Assembly: GCA_963841435.1 (NCBI GenBank)
Contig: CAWJCS010000005.1
Span: 384,001 to 448,000, forward strand
Length of the DNA: 64,000 nt
DNA from: an uncultured delta proteobacterium
Lineage (GTDB): Bacteria > Myxococcota_A > Polyangia > Polyangiales > Polyangiaceae
Direction of reading: 5' to 3'
Below, piece by piece: positions 48,208 through 57,201 of the stretch (its first letter is position 1; each line of letters begins with the position of its first letter). Made by a program: the position numbers and the translations under genes. The notes below the pieces were generated by a model. It was not told the DNA's origin. It searched no databases and saw only the letters and a program-made list of their open reading frames with translations.

Positions 48208-49347
48208 TTAAACGGGGAGGAAACAGTTTCTGCATTCCCCACCCTCGGAGCCGTCGGTGGGGTTGCCGTCGTCACAATCCTCCAGGCCGGGCTGAATGAT
48301 GCCGTCGCCGCAGTACGGGGGGCGGCGGCAGTTCGGTCCGCAGGCATCGGTTCCATAGGTGCCGTCGTTGACGCCGTCGTCGCACTCTTCACCCAACGTG
48401 ACGATCGAGTCGCCGCACACGCTGGTGCACGTGCTGGGCCCGGCGCTCGAGCTTTTGCAGGCAAAGCCACGCTCGACGGCGCAGCCCGCGGAGCAGCCGT
48501 CACCGGTCAGCAAGTTGCCGTCGTCGCAGGCCTCCTCGCCGGCTACGACGCCATCGCCACAGCGCGGGGCGCACGGGCCGTTCGGCTGACCGCCCTCGCC
48601 CCCGGCGGCGCTCTCACCGCCCGCGCCCCCGGCGCCGGCCTCCCCCGTATTGCAGGTGGGCTCGAGCTCGCAAGTCGTGGAGCAGCCGTCACCGGGCAAG
48701 TTGTTCGAGTCGTCACAGCTCTCCCGGCCCTCGCGCACGCCGTCGCCACAGCGCGTGGGGTGGCAGAAACTGGGCTCTCCCTCGCAGGTCCAGCCGAGCT
48801 CGGTGATACAGACTGGCGAGCAGCCATCGCCCGGCGAGATGTTGCCGTCGTCGCAAAGCTCATTTGGGTCCACGCGCGAGTCGCCGCATTGAAAATAGTG
48901 GATGCACGCGTGTGCCGGCGTGCAGAGGTAGCCGGGCTCGACCGAACGGCAGTCCGCTGCGCAGCCGTCGCCGCCGACGGTGTTCCCGTCGTCGCAGGCC
49001 TCCAGCAGCGCTTGGATTCCGTCGCCGCAAGGAGGCATCTCGTCGGCACAGGCTGACGAGCACCCGTCGCCACTCTGCGTGTTGCCGTCGTCACACTCCT
49101 CGCCGATCTGCAGGATGGCGTTGCCACACGCCGGAGGAACGATCCCATTCCCGCCGGATCCGCCGCTCCCGCCCGGGCCGCTTCCGGCCGTTGACTGGCC
49201 CCCACGAGCACCCGCGGCTTCCGAGCGCGGCGCAGATTTGCCGCACGACATCACCCCTACGCAAGCCAGGGTCACGACCAGCGCACGCGCGCGCCATCTG
49301 ACCGGTCGCGGCGCCGGCCCGAACGGCGCCCCACGCGTCCCTCGCAT
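48208..49347 (-). CDS. Myxobacterial cysteine-rich repeat (DUF4215-like) lipoprotein
   Basis: About 7 CGDG...E.CDDGN...GDGCS..C repeats after a lipobox-like VMSC. Start uncertain. Confidence 0.88.
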   Translation of the reverse strand: MRGTRGAPFGPAPRPVRWRARALVVTLACVGVMSCGKSAPRSEAAGARGGQSTAGSGPGGSGGSGGNGIVPPACGNAILQIGEECDDGNTQSGDGCSSACADEMPPCGDGIQALLEACDDGNTVGGDGCAADCRSVEPGYLCTPAHACIHYFQCGDSRVDPNELCDDGNISPGDGCSPVCITELGWTCEGEPSFCHPTRCGDGVREGRESCDDSNNLPGDGCSTTCELEPTCNTGEAGAGGAGGESAAGGEGGQPNGPCAPRCGDGVVAGEEACDDGNLLTGDGCSAGCAVERGFACKSSSAGPSTCTSVCGDSIVTLGEECDDGVNDGTYGTDACGPNCRRPPYCGDGIIQPGLEDCDDGNPTDGSEGGECRNCFLPV

Positions 49348-49454
49348 CGGCAGCGTGCCTCGGACCACCGACCTCCCGTCGGGCATCACGGGAGCATACT
49401 CCCCCGCTTCATCGGCGGCGATGGGGCGCTTCAAAATCGAGCCTGAGAATCATA

Positions 49455-49610
49455 GACCCCGCCGACGACGACCCCACACCCGAGACCGACGACGACCTTC
49501 CCCCGGATCAAGTCAACTTCGTCACGGTCGCCATGCACGAGCTCGGCCACCTCCTCGGCGTGGGCAGCTCGGCTCAGTTCGATGCGCTCGTCGAGGGGCA
49601 GACGTTCTGA
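49455..49610 (+). pseudogene. Remnant of a zinc metalloprotease (matrixin/metzincin-like), not in the ORF track
   Basis: Manual translation: DPTPETDDDLPPDQVNFVTVAMHELGHLLGVGSSAQFDALVEGQTF* (HExGHxxG); no nearby start codon upstream of the motif. Confidence 0.6.
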
Positions 49611-49632
49611 ATCGGGCGGAACGGGTGCACCG

Positions 49633-50244
49633 TCACGAGCGAGGACGTTTCGGACGCGCTGGGTGCGACGCCGGGCGACGCTCCGGCTCGGCCTCGAGCA
49701 GCGTGGCTAGAATGGTGCGGAGGGTGCGCACGAAGACCTCGGGTTGATCGATGCCGGCTCCGAGCACGAGCGAGCCCTGGATGCGCACGACAGCATCCTC
49801 GGCGCGGGCGCGCGAAACGGAGCGCGAAAGCCCGGCTTCGACACACAGCGCCTCGAATCCCGCGAGCAGCGCGCCGAAGGTGCTCTGCAGGGGTCTCGCG
49901 AATTTCTTCCGGTCCGCGCTCGCGCAGAGTCGCTCGAGCAGACACGCGAGGCGGCCGGAGTCGTAGATCGACTCGACCACCAGAAGGAACGCGGCAAGCT
50001 TCGCGCGCGGCGCGCCCGGTCCGTGGACGGCCGCAAGCGCGGGCGCGAGCTGGCTCGAAAGATGCGCCATGACCTCGCGCGCCATTTCGACCTTCCCGCC
50101 CGGAAAGTAGTGATAGAGACTAGATTTGCCGAGCCCGGTCACCTTGGCAATCTCGGCAAGCGAGGCGCCGTCGTAGCCTTGCTGCCGAAAAAGCAGCATC
50201 AGGCGATCGAGGATCTCTGCTTTCGAGAGGAGCGCGGCCGGCAT
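49633..50244 (-). CDS. TetR/AcrR-family regulator (YxaF/NemR-like)
   Basis: LFRQQGYDGASLAEIAKVTGLGKSSLYHYFPGGK, ACLL, RIQGSLVL. Confidence 0.92.
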   Translation of the reverse strand: MPAALLSKAEILDRLMLLFRQQGYDGASLAEIAKVTGLGKSSLYHYFPGGKVEMAREVMAHLSSQLAPALAAVHGPGAPRAKLAAFLLVVESIYDSGRLACLLERLCASADRKKFARPLQSTFGALLAGFEALCVEAGLSRSVSRARAEDAVVRIQGSLVLGAGIDQPEVFVRTLRTILATLLEAEPERRPASHPARPKRPRS

Positions 50245-50258
50245 GCCCCGACGATCCT

Positions 50259-51245
50259 TCACATGCCGAGAGGGGGGTTGAAAGGGGAACGATCGAGCAG
50301 CTCCCAGCGGAACGTTTTCGGCAGCAAGAGCTCGGCGAAGCGCGAGATCTCGAAGTCCCAATACCGCCCGGTGTCGGCTCCGGTCTCGCAGTGGGGGCCC
50401 GCCGCGCTCTCGAGCGCGCCGTGCGGCGGCTCGAGGACCACGTTGGCATGGCCCGTGAGCTGAAGCACCCGCCCGCCTTCGAAGTCGACGATCGCAAGGC
50501 CCGCAGCGCTCGAAACCATCAGATTGCCCAGGGTGTTGTAGAGCCCGTTGCCGGCGTACTCGGGGACGCGGATCGTCCGCTCGTCCCTGACTTCGAGAAA
50601 GCCCGGCTCGCCGCCGCGGTGGGAGGCGTCCGCACCGCGCGTCGGGTGCCGGCTCGCGACGAACATGGTGTCCGCCCGCCGCACGAGAGCCATTCGCTCG
50701 GGGTCGAGTCGCGCGCCGCTCGCGCCGAGGGCGCTGGACGGCGACGGGGCGTCGAGCTCGACCAAGTGCCGGCGCTGAATGTACTTCGGGCAGTTCACGT
50801 ACGCCTCGCGTACGCTGACCTCGACGCGCTCTTCGTTCGACGAGGAAACGAAGCCGTTGATGCGGTAGCGTCGGCGCGAGCCGAGCTCGATCGCGAGCAT
50901 CCCGAGCGCGGCGCCGACCCCGAGATTGCCGACCACCGCGTCCCCCGGCGCGATCCAGGAACGCCGGCGGTCGAGCACCACGACGTCGCCGCCCGCGACG
51001 CTCGCGAACCCCTGCTCACCGAAGATCAGCGAAGCAAACACCGCGCCGGCGTCGTCGACGCTCGAAAGCACCAGCATCCGTTGCTGTGCGAGGAACGCGG
51101 CCGGCGCCGGCGGGACCGCGTTCGATAGCATCCGCGCCGTCCGCTCGGCGATCGCGCGCTCTCCCGTCGCTTCCTGAACGCGGAGCTCCCCTTCGTGAAA
51201 GAAGCCGTGCTCGCCGTTCGGTCTCGAAAACCTCGCTCTGGTCAT
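50259..51245 (-). CDS. Pyridoxamine 5'-phosphate oxidase-like FMN-binding protein (tandem domains)
   Basis: FHEGELRVQ, RRRYRING, AYVNCPKYIQRR, ADASHRGGEPGF, PEYAGNGLYNTLGN, SPFNP. Confidence 0.92.
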   Translation of the reverse strand: MTRARFSRPNGEHGFFHEGELRVQEATGERAIAERTARMLSNAVPPAPAAFLAQQRMLVLSSVDDAGAVFASLIFGEQGFASVAGGDVVVLDRRRSWIAPGDAVVGNLGVGAALGMLAIELGSRRRYRINGFVSSSNEERVEVSVREAYVNCPKYIQRRHLVELDAPSPSSALGASGARLDPERMALVRRADTMFVASRHPTRGADASHRGGEPGFLEVRDERTIRVPEYAGNGLYNTLGNLMVSSAAGLAIVDFEGGRVLQLTGHANVVLEPPHGALESAAGPHCETGADTGRYWDFEISRFAELLLPKTFRWELLDRSPFNPPLGM

Positions 51246-51306
51246 GACGCCTCCAGCGGACCGGCGCGCCGCATGCTCGGAGACGGCGCGCCGGGTCCTC
51301 GTGCGC

Positions 51307-51678
51307 TCAGAAGGTCAAGATGGTGTAGCCGTCCGCAGCGTACTTCGCGAGGCTCGGAAGCCCGGCGGTACCCGGCACGGGGTTGTTCTTGATCAGCGTG
51401 AAGCCATTTTGCTCCGCGGACTCGAGCGCACCGAAGACGGTTGCGCAGGCGAGCGACGCGCCCGCGACCTTGTCCGCCACCGCCTCGTACAAAGCGTGGG
51501 CGGGGTGCTCCCTGTTCGTGAGCACCCCTGTCCAGCGTGTACCGGCCCCCTGAAAGACGAGCGCGACCTCGTGGTTCTGGGCTTTGAAATCATAGGTTGC
51601 GGCCAGGGCGTTGAACACGCGCCCGAGAGCCTCTTCCCCCCCTTTGGGGTCCGACAACACGATCACGGCAGTTTTCAT
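51307..51678 (-). CDS. DsrE-like small protein
   Basis: MKTAVIVLSD..EALGRVFNAL...LVFQGAGTRW...GASLACATVFG; SD AGGAG. Confidence 0.75.
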   Translation of the reverse strand: MKTAVIVLSDPKGGEEALGRVFNALAATYDFKAQNHEVALVFQGAGTRWTGVLTNREHPAHALYEAVADKVAGASLACATVFGALESAEQNGFTLIKNNPVPGTAGLPSLAKYAADGYTILTF

Positions 51679-51696
51679 GAGATTCTCCTATGCTGA

Positions 51697-51739
51697 ACCG
51701 AACGATCGGTACAATAGAACCAGGACCGGCGCGTGTCAA
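51697..51739 (-). promoter_or_regulatory. Sigma70-type promoter TTGACA-N17-TATTGT with adjacent palindromic TetR-type operator ACCGA-N4-TCGGT
   Basis: On the minus strand: -35 at 51739-51734, -10 at 51716-51711, palindrome at 51697-51710, then the SD and the DsrE-like gene ATG. Confidence 0.75.
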
Positions 51740-51890
51740 GGCCACCCGTAACCCCGCGAGGGGCGACTCGGCGTAGAATCGGCAGGCGTAGCCGTAGCCA
51801 CGGGCGGCGTCCTCGAGCACGACGTTGCCCTCCGAGTCACCCGATACGTAGCGCACGCCGCCCTCCGAGTCTCGGGGTCGGTGCGCTTGG

Positions 51891-53543
51891 CTAGTCCGAC
51901 GGCCGAGCGTCGGCGACGTACACGCGAAAGAGCGGGGGGAAGCTGCGGTCGCGCTTCAGGCGCAGTCGTCCGCGGCGCAGGGTCTCACCGAGGCGGCGTG
52001 CGTCCTCGTGCGGCATGGGCGGCTCCGGCCCGAGCCAGGCGCGGCCGTTGTAGAAGACGACGGCGCTCTTCACGCGCGCGTAGCTCCTCGAGCGGTGCGC
52101 CGGCTCGGGTGGTCCCCATTCGAGCGCGCTCTCGCAATCGTACAGGCGCAGCGGGGACTCGAGAAAGCCGTCCGTCTCGACGCGGCGGACGCCATGCGCG
52201 AGGAGCGCCGCGTAAAGTCCATCCGAGCGGACGAAATGGTTGCTCGTCTCGATGAGACGCGTGCCGACACGAAAGACGCTGAGGCCGCCGTCGCCACGCA
52301 CGAAGGGGACGAAGAAGTTCGCGCCGAGGTAAAGGAGATTCAGTGCCACGACGCCGGCAGCGAGCGCGCGGCCGCTCTTCTGTAGCGTTGGCGACGCATC
52401 GAGCAACAACGGCGCGAGCACCACCGCGAGCAGCACCGGTATCGCGGCGTGCAGCACGATGACGTAGCGAATCGATAGATGCGGCGCGATGCGCGTCGTC
52501 AACGCGACCGCGATCAAGACGGCGAGCAGCGCGTAGCGCTCGAGCGGCGTGAGAAGCCCGCGTAGCGCAGCGCGCGCCGTCATCCCCCTGCGCCGGACGC
52601 GGTAGCGTAGCGCGAGCGCGACGAGCAACACGAGCTCGGGGTACGGAAGCACCGGGATGCGGCTCTCTCCCACGAAGCGCCGGTAGATGAGCCCTCCGTC
52701 CCAAGACCGGAGCAGCACGCCGAACAGCGGCAAGAAGTCCGGCCAGTGTGGCAGCCCGTTGCCCTCGCTGAGCCACATCCTCAAAGCGCCCGGCTCGGCG
52801 AGGGTCACGAGGCGCGGACCGAAGCCGAGCACGAAGCCCGCGAGCGCCGCCAGGGCGAGCCGCGAGCGCAACCATCGCACGCCGTGCTTGGCAAGCAGCA
52901 CCGCGAGCAGCGTCAGCGGGACGGGCAAAAGGACGATGTGGTTGTACGGCAGCGCTCCGAGCGCCACGCCGCCGAGTAGCGCGAGCGCCGGGCGCGGCGC
53001 CCGCCCGGCTTTCGCCGCGAGACACGCGAACGCGACGGCTGCGAAGAACGGAGACAGCGCGGGGACCTCGATCCCGAAGCGCGACATGGTGACGAAAGCG
53101 GGCGCCGTCGCCAAAAAGCAGCCCGCCACGAGCGCGGTCCAAGCGCCGTAGAGGCGCAGCATCGTCAGCGCAACGAGCGCCACCGTCGCGACGTTCAGCA
53201 GCGCGCCGGGCAAGCGGATCGCGAGTGGCGTCGCGCCCAGCGCCTCGACGAACGGCCAGGTGAGGTACTGGTGCATGGCGGCCGTGTAGAAGGTCATGCC
53301 GCTCAGCGGACGCGCACCGTCTCTCAGCTCGGCGATGCGTCCGATGATCCACGGCTCGTCGCCGTTGACGCCCGGGATCTGCCCGAGCGCCGGTAGAATC
53401 AGCGCGGCCGAAAGCGCGGTCGGCACGCCCACCGCGGCAAGTCGCCGTGTGGAAGGGCGCCGGGACGTGGCGGATTCGGCCTCCGCTCCGAGAGGCCGCG
53501 CGGGTGACGCGGGCCCCATCTCGGTCGAATGCGCTGGCCACAC
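51891..53543 (-). CDS. GT-C (ArnT/PMT-like) membrane glycosyltransferase
   Basis: NGDE motif after the first TM segment, AIRLPGAL, MSRFGIE, many TM segments. Start uncertain. Confidence 0.72.
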   Translation of the reverse strand: MWPAHSTEMGPASPARPLGAEAESATSRRPSTRRLAAVGVPTALSAALILPALGQIPGVNGDEPWIIGRIAELRDGARPLSGMTFYTAAMHQYLTWPFVEALGATPLAIRLPGALLNVATVALVALTMLRLYGAWTALVAGCFLATAPAFVTMSRFGIEVPALSPFFAAVAFACLAAKAGRAPRPALALLGGVALGALPYNHIVLLPVPLTLLAVLLAKHGVRWLRSRLALAALAGFVLGFGPRLVTLAEPGALRMWLSEGNGLPHWPDFLPLFGVLLRSWDGGLIYRRFVGESRIPVLPYPELVLLVALALRYRVRRRGMTARAALRGLLTPLERYALLAVLIAVALTTRIAPHLSIRYVIVLHAAIPVLLAVVLAPLLLDASPTLQKSGRALAAGVVALNLLYLGANFFVPFVRGDGGLSVFRVGTRLIETSNHFVRSDGLYAALLAHGVRRVETDGFLESPLRLYDCESALEWGPPEPAHRSRSYARVKSAVVFYNGRAWLGPEPPMPHEDARRLGETLRRGRLRLKRDRSFPPLFRVYVADARPSD

Positions 53544-53639
53544 GGGAATCGCTCTTGCCGCGGCACGCTAGCTCGAAGCCCTTCGGGGTACCAGCGACGC
53601 CCCAGGACCGTCACGCGCCACCACCCTACCCTAATCGCC

Positions 53640-53674
53640 AAAAAAAAGGCCCCTCCCGCTAGGAAGGGGCCTTT
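53640..53674 (-). terminator. Rho-independent terminator of the DUF1592-DUF1552 operon
   Basis: AAAGGCCCCT..AGGGGCCTTT hairpin followed on the minus strand by a run of 8 T, 25 bp after the stop at 53700. Confidence 0.88.
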
Positions 53675-53699
53675 GGACTCAAGCGTGCGCCGGTAGAGG

Positions 53700-55337
53700 T
53701 CAGGCGCCTGCTTTGAGAGCGTCGAACCCGCCGGGGCTGTGGATCGTGGCCCCGCTGCCCCCGCCGTGGATGAAGTCCTCCGTCTTGTCGGAGAAGCCGA
53801 ACTTCGTCACCTCGGCCGAGCCGCCCTTGGCGGCGAAGCCGTCGGCGCCCGCCTTCATGCCCATGGCGTTCATGATGTTCACGAAATACTTGTTGATCGG
53901 CGCGTTGCCGACCTTCGCGTCCGTGCCGGTCGACTGGTTGATGCCGTTGACCTGGTCGCTGCCGCCGTTGCACTGACCCTCGCTGTTGCCGCGAGAGAGC
54001 GTCGGGGACGCATCTTCGACGTTCACGGACCAACCCGTCTTGAAGTAGCCGCCGGCGCCGCCCGCCTGAACGATCGGGAGATTGTTCAGGTTGTGGGCGT
54101 TGCCGTCCGACATCTCCTGGAACCAGACGGCGGCGGAGTTGTCGAGGGCAGTGCCGTTGCCCTCGTCGATGCTGTCGAGCATTCCGACGAGCTTGGCGAA
54201 CTTCTGCGCGTAAAAGTCCTGGATCTTCGTGAGCATGCCGAGGACGCCGTCCACGCAGGTGCCCGACATGTTCGCGTTGTTGAGTCGGTGCGAAGCGGAG
54301 TGGCTCTCGAGGTTGATCCCGAGCCCGGAGAAGACGTAGCTCCCCGGGTACTTCAGGAAGATCACGGGGTTGGCGTTGCAGATCGCCGCCAGCGCCGCGA
54401 GGCTCGAGTAGATGTCCGCGCCGTCCAACGTGCTGCTGACCGTGGCCGTGAGGACATCGGTGTTACCCGCCTTGACCGCGTTGACGTTCGTCGACGTGGC
54501 GCCGAGCATCGTTGCAAGGTCCTGATTGCACTGCGCCGAAGCGACCACACCCGTGGTCTGGTTGAGCAGCTCCTTCCAGGCATCGAGCTTCATCTTGTCG
54601 GCCTGGCTCATGTCGAAGCGCTCGAGGGTGTCGAGATCGTCCCGCACGATGTCGATGACGCTCTTGCCGCGAACGGCCGCGTAGGTGTCCGGTGTCATCG
54701 GCGCGGTGTTGTCGAACAGGCCCGTGAGCCCGCTCAGGATCTGCGAGGGCTGACCCAGCCCCGGGTAGCTCGTCTCGGGACCCGAGTACGAGATGGCCGA
54801 CTGGGGGCTGTCGTTCCTGTTACCCACGCGCATGAACAGCGGGTTGCCGTCCGAGCTCAGCTGGTCGGCCATGACGTGATCCAGCGAGGCTCCGACGGGC
54901 TTGGCGTTGAACTTCGTTGCCGAATCGAAGCTGAACGGATCGTCGCTGTTCGGTGTGACCGGCTGGCAGGTGAAGAACGACCCCACCACCTGGGTGTGGG
55001 GGTCGTTGCCCTGTCCGCGCACCATCGACGCGGTCCACTCGTTCATGGAGCGAATGCCGCGAGGCAAGAGGACCTTGTCGGCGTACGGCGCCAGGGGTGC
55101 CAGCGTCGTTGCCTGGAGGTCGGCCGCGGTGATCGGACCGTGCGCCGCTGTCGGGAAGAACTTGGTCGTCAGGCACCCGTAGTGGGTGAACATGGCGATG
55201 AAGCGCTTCGGAGTTCCAGGAGGAGTCGCCGACTGGGACTTCGCCACGCGTTCGGCAACGGAGCTGAGGAACGGCGCAGCCACGCAAGCTCCGCCGAGGC
55301 CTCGGAGGAAGATTCTTCGGTTCATGGGCTTGGTCAT
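53700..55337 (-). CDS. DUF1552-family protein (Tat-like signal), paralog of 43175-44797
   Basis: MNRRIFLRGLGGACVAAPFL, MFTHYGC, GQGNDPHTQVVGS, ALDNSAAVWFQEMSDGNAHNLNNLP. Confidence 0.9.
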   Translation of the reverse strand: MTKPMNRRIFLRGLGGACVAAPFLSSVAERVAKSQSATPPGTPKRFIAMFTHYGCLTTKFFPTAAHGPITAADLQATTLAPLAPYADKVLLPRGIRSMNEWTASMVRGQGNDPHTQVVGSFFTCQPVTPNSDDPFSFDSATKFNAKPVGASLDHVMADQLSSDGNPLFMRVGNRNDSPQSAISYSGPETSYPGLGQPSQILSGLTGLFDNTAPMTPDTYAAVRGKSVIDIVRDDLDTLERFDMSQADKMKLDAWKELLNQTTGVVASAQCNQDLATMLGATSTNVNAVKAGNTDVLTATVSSTLDGADIYSSLAALAAICNANPVIFLKYPGSYVFSGLGINLESHSASHRLNNANMSGTCVDGVLGMLTKIQDFYAQKFAKLVGMLDSIDEGNGTALDNSAAVWFQEMSDGNAHNLNNLPIVQAGGAGGYFKTGWSVNVEDASPTLSRGNSEGQCNGGSDQVNGINQSTGTDAKVGNAPINKYFVNIMNAMGMKAGADGFAAKGGSAEVTKFGFSDKTEDFIHGGGSGATIHSPGGFDALKAGA

Positions 55338-55356
55338 GTTCGGGTTTCCTCGGTCT

Positions 55357-57201
55357 TCACGGAGTTGCACGGACTCGCAGACGGAACGAATCTGCCTGGG
55401 TCAGATCCGCGAGCAGATTGAGAACGGTGTAGCCGTCGGTCGACAGGTTGATGTCGAGCATATCGACGGTGCAGGCGTCGTTCGCGTTGGGCAGGCGCCC
55501 GGTAGCGAAGGTGACCCACTTCTCGGCGTAGATGCGCTTGGCGGCGGGCGTCTCCACGATCCCCTGCATCAGCTCGAGGGGGCCGTTGACGGTCTTGGTG
55601 TTGCCTTCGCTGAAGGTCACATCGACGGTCGTATCGATCGCGCCGGCGACCGCATCGCCGTTCGCACGCGGATCGACGGTCTGCCAGGCTCCGATGGAGT
55701 CGAAGTTCTCGAGCGCGAACCCGGGCGGGTTGACGTACGGGATGTGGCAACCCCTGCAGTTCGGTTGATCCGTCAGCGCTTCGGTGTACGCGCGCTCCGT
55801 GTTGTAGGTGCCCTCGGGAGGCGGCGTCAGGAAGAAGTTCGGGTCGGGAGCGCCGGGGTTGACCCCGATGATGTTCACCGTGATGAACGCGCCGCGAAGG
55901 ATCGGGCTCGAGGAATCGTAGTGCGAGTACGAGCTCAAGAACCCGAGGCGGGTCAAGAAGCCCGGCCGCGTCGCCGGGTCGAGCTCCACTCTGGTGAGGG
56001 TGGGGCCGTACGCCGCGGGGTCGAGCCCGTAGAGCGCCGCGGTGGCGTTGTTGACGTAGGCGACGCTGCTGAGGAAGAGATCCTTGAATGTGCCGCCTGA
56101 GAACGCGACGTCCTCGAAGAAGTCGTCGAGCTCCTCGGCGTAAGTCGTCTTCACGTCCTCACCCGCGTAGAGCGGGTACTTGGTCTTGTCGTGGTCGACC
56201 TTCCACCAATGCGCGTCGGCATTGTCCATCTCGAGGTAGCTGCGATGGAACCCGGCGATCAGCGGCGCGGTCTTCTCGCGGACCGCAATCATGCGCTCTG
56301 CCTGAGCCAGGATCTGCTCCTTGGTCGTCAGCTGGTTGCTGTCGGCCGCCACGTTCAGGGCGTCGTCGGGGACGGAACCCCAGAGGAGGAACGACAGCCT
56401 GGCGGCCACTTCGTACTGCGAAAGCTTGATGGCGCCGGCTTCTTGCTCCTGCGTCAGCTCGGTGATCTGGAGGAACGAAGGCGAAACGAGGAAGGCGTAG
56501 AGGGTCGCTTCCGCCACCTCGGCGGGCGTGCCCGCGGGGGTGAGAGCGCCGAGGCGTGCAAAGCTTGCCTCCTCGTCGGGGGTGAGCGGCCGCCGGAACG
56601 CCTTGCGCCCGAAGTCCTTGATGGTGTTCGTCAAGCAACCCGCTGCCGCCGGGTCGCAGTTGATGAACATGGCCTTGTTCGCACCGGCCATCACCTGGGC
56701 CGCGATCTTCGCGCCCACGTCCTGGTAGAACCGCCAAGCGTCGGTGTTCAGGGGGCCGTCGAAGTCGGGGTAGAGCTCATCCGACGGCAGCTTGCCGTCG
56801 GTCAGGGTGGTGATTCCGAGGAGATCACGCACCGCGGCGTCGTACTGCCGGTTCAATAGCCGCGGGATCTGCGACGATGTCGGGATACCGGGGACGCACG
56901 TCGCGGCACCCGTGCCCGCTGCGCCCACACCCGCCGAGCCGCCCGTTGCCCCACCGGCGCCGCCGGTCGTGCCTGCGCCCGCGCCGGCCGTGCCGCCGGT
57001 CGGTGCCGAGCCACCCGAGGCTCCACCGGTGCCCGTGCCGCCGGTGCCGGTAGCCGACGATCCGCCGCTAGCGGTGGCGCCCGAGCCACCGACGGCGCTC
57101 GCCGCTCCGGTGCCTGCATTCCCACCACCGACCTCTCCCGAGCACGCTGCAAGCGCGGAGGAGAATGCTCCCAGAGCAGCCAGGTATCGCTTTTTCATCA
57201 T
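55357..57201 (-). CDS. DUF1587/1595/1592/1588 multi-domain lipoprotein with CxxCH motif
   Basis: Lipobox LAAC, Gly linker, RLLNRQYDAAVRDL, AFRRPL, SPSFL, EVAARLSFLLW.SVPDD, RPGFLT, SSPILRG, CRGCH. Confidence 0.9.
   Translation of the reverse strand: MMKKRYLAALGAFSSALAACSGEVGGGNAGTGAASAVGGSGATASGGSSATGTGGTGTGGASGGSAPTGGTAGAGAGTTGGAGGATGGSAGVGAAGTGAATCVPGIPTSSQIPRLLNRQYDAAVRDLLGITTLTDGKLPSDELYPDFDGPLNTDAWRFYQDVGAKIAAQVMAGANKAMFINCDPAAAGCLTNTIKDFGRKAFRRPLTPDEEASFARLGALTPAGTPAEVAEATLYAFLVSPSFLQITELTQEQEAGAIKLSQYEVAARLSFLLWGSVPDDALNVAADSNQLTTKEQILAQAERMIAVREKTAPLIAGFHRSYLEMDNADAHWWKVDHDKTKYPLYAGEDVKTTYAEELDDFFEDVAFSGGTFKDLFLSSVAYVNNATAALYGLDPAAYGPTLTRVELDPATRPGFLTRLGFLSSYSHYDSSSPILRGAFITVNIIGVNPGAPDPNFFLTPPPEGTYNTERAYTEALTDQPNCRGCHIPYVNPPGFALENFDSIGAWQTVDPRANGDAVAGAIDTTVDVTFSEGNTKTVNGPLELMQGIVETPAAKRIYAEKWVTFATGRLPNANDACTVDMLDINLSTDGYTVLNLLADLTQADSFRLRVRATP

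Noticed and set aside
48208-49347. Cys-rich repeat protein as the substrate of the radical SAM enzyme
   Set aside because: It is a common myxobacterial disulfide/Ca-type repeat protein 10 kb away; the coupled YG-repeat ORF is the far better candidate.
43175-55337. Inverted DUF1552 paralogs as ends of an invertible segment or composite transposon
   Set aside because: They are diverged protein-coding paralogs, not near-identical repeats; no recombinase or transposase in the window.
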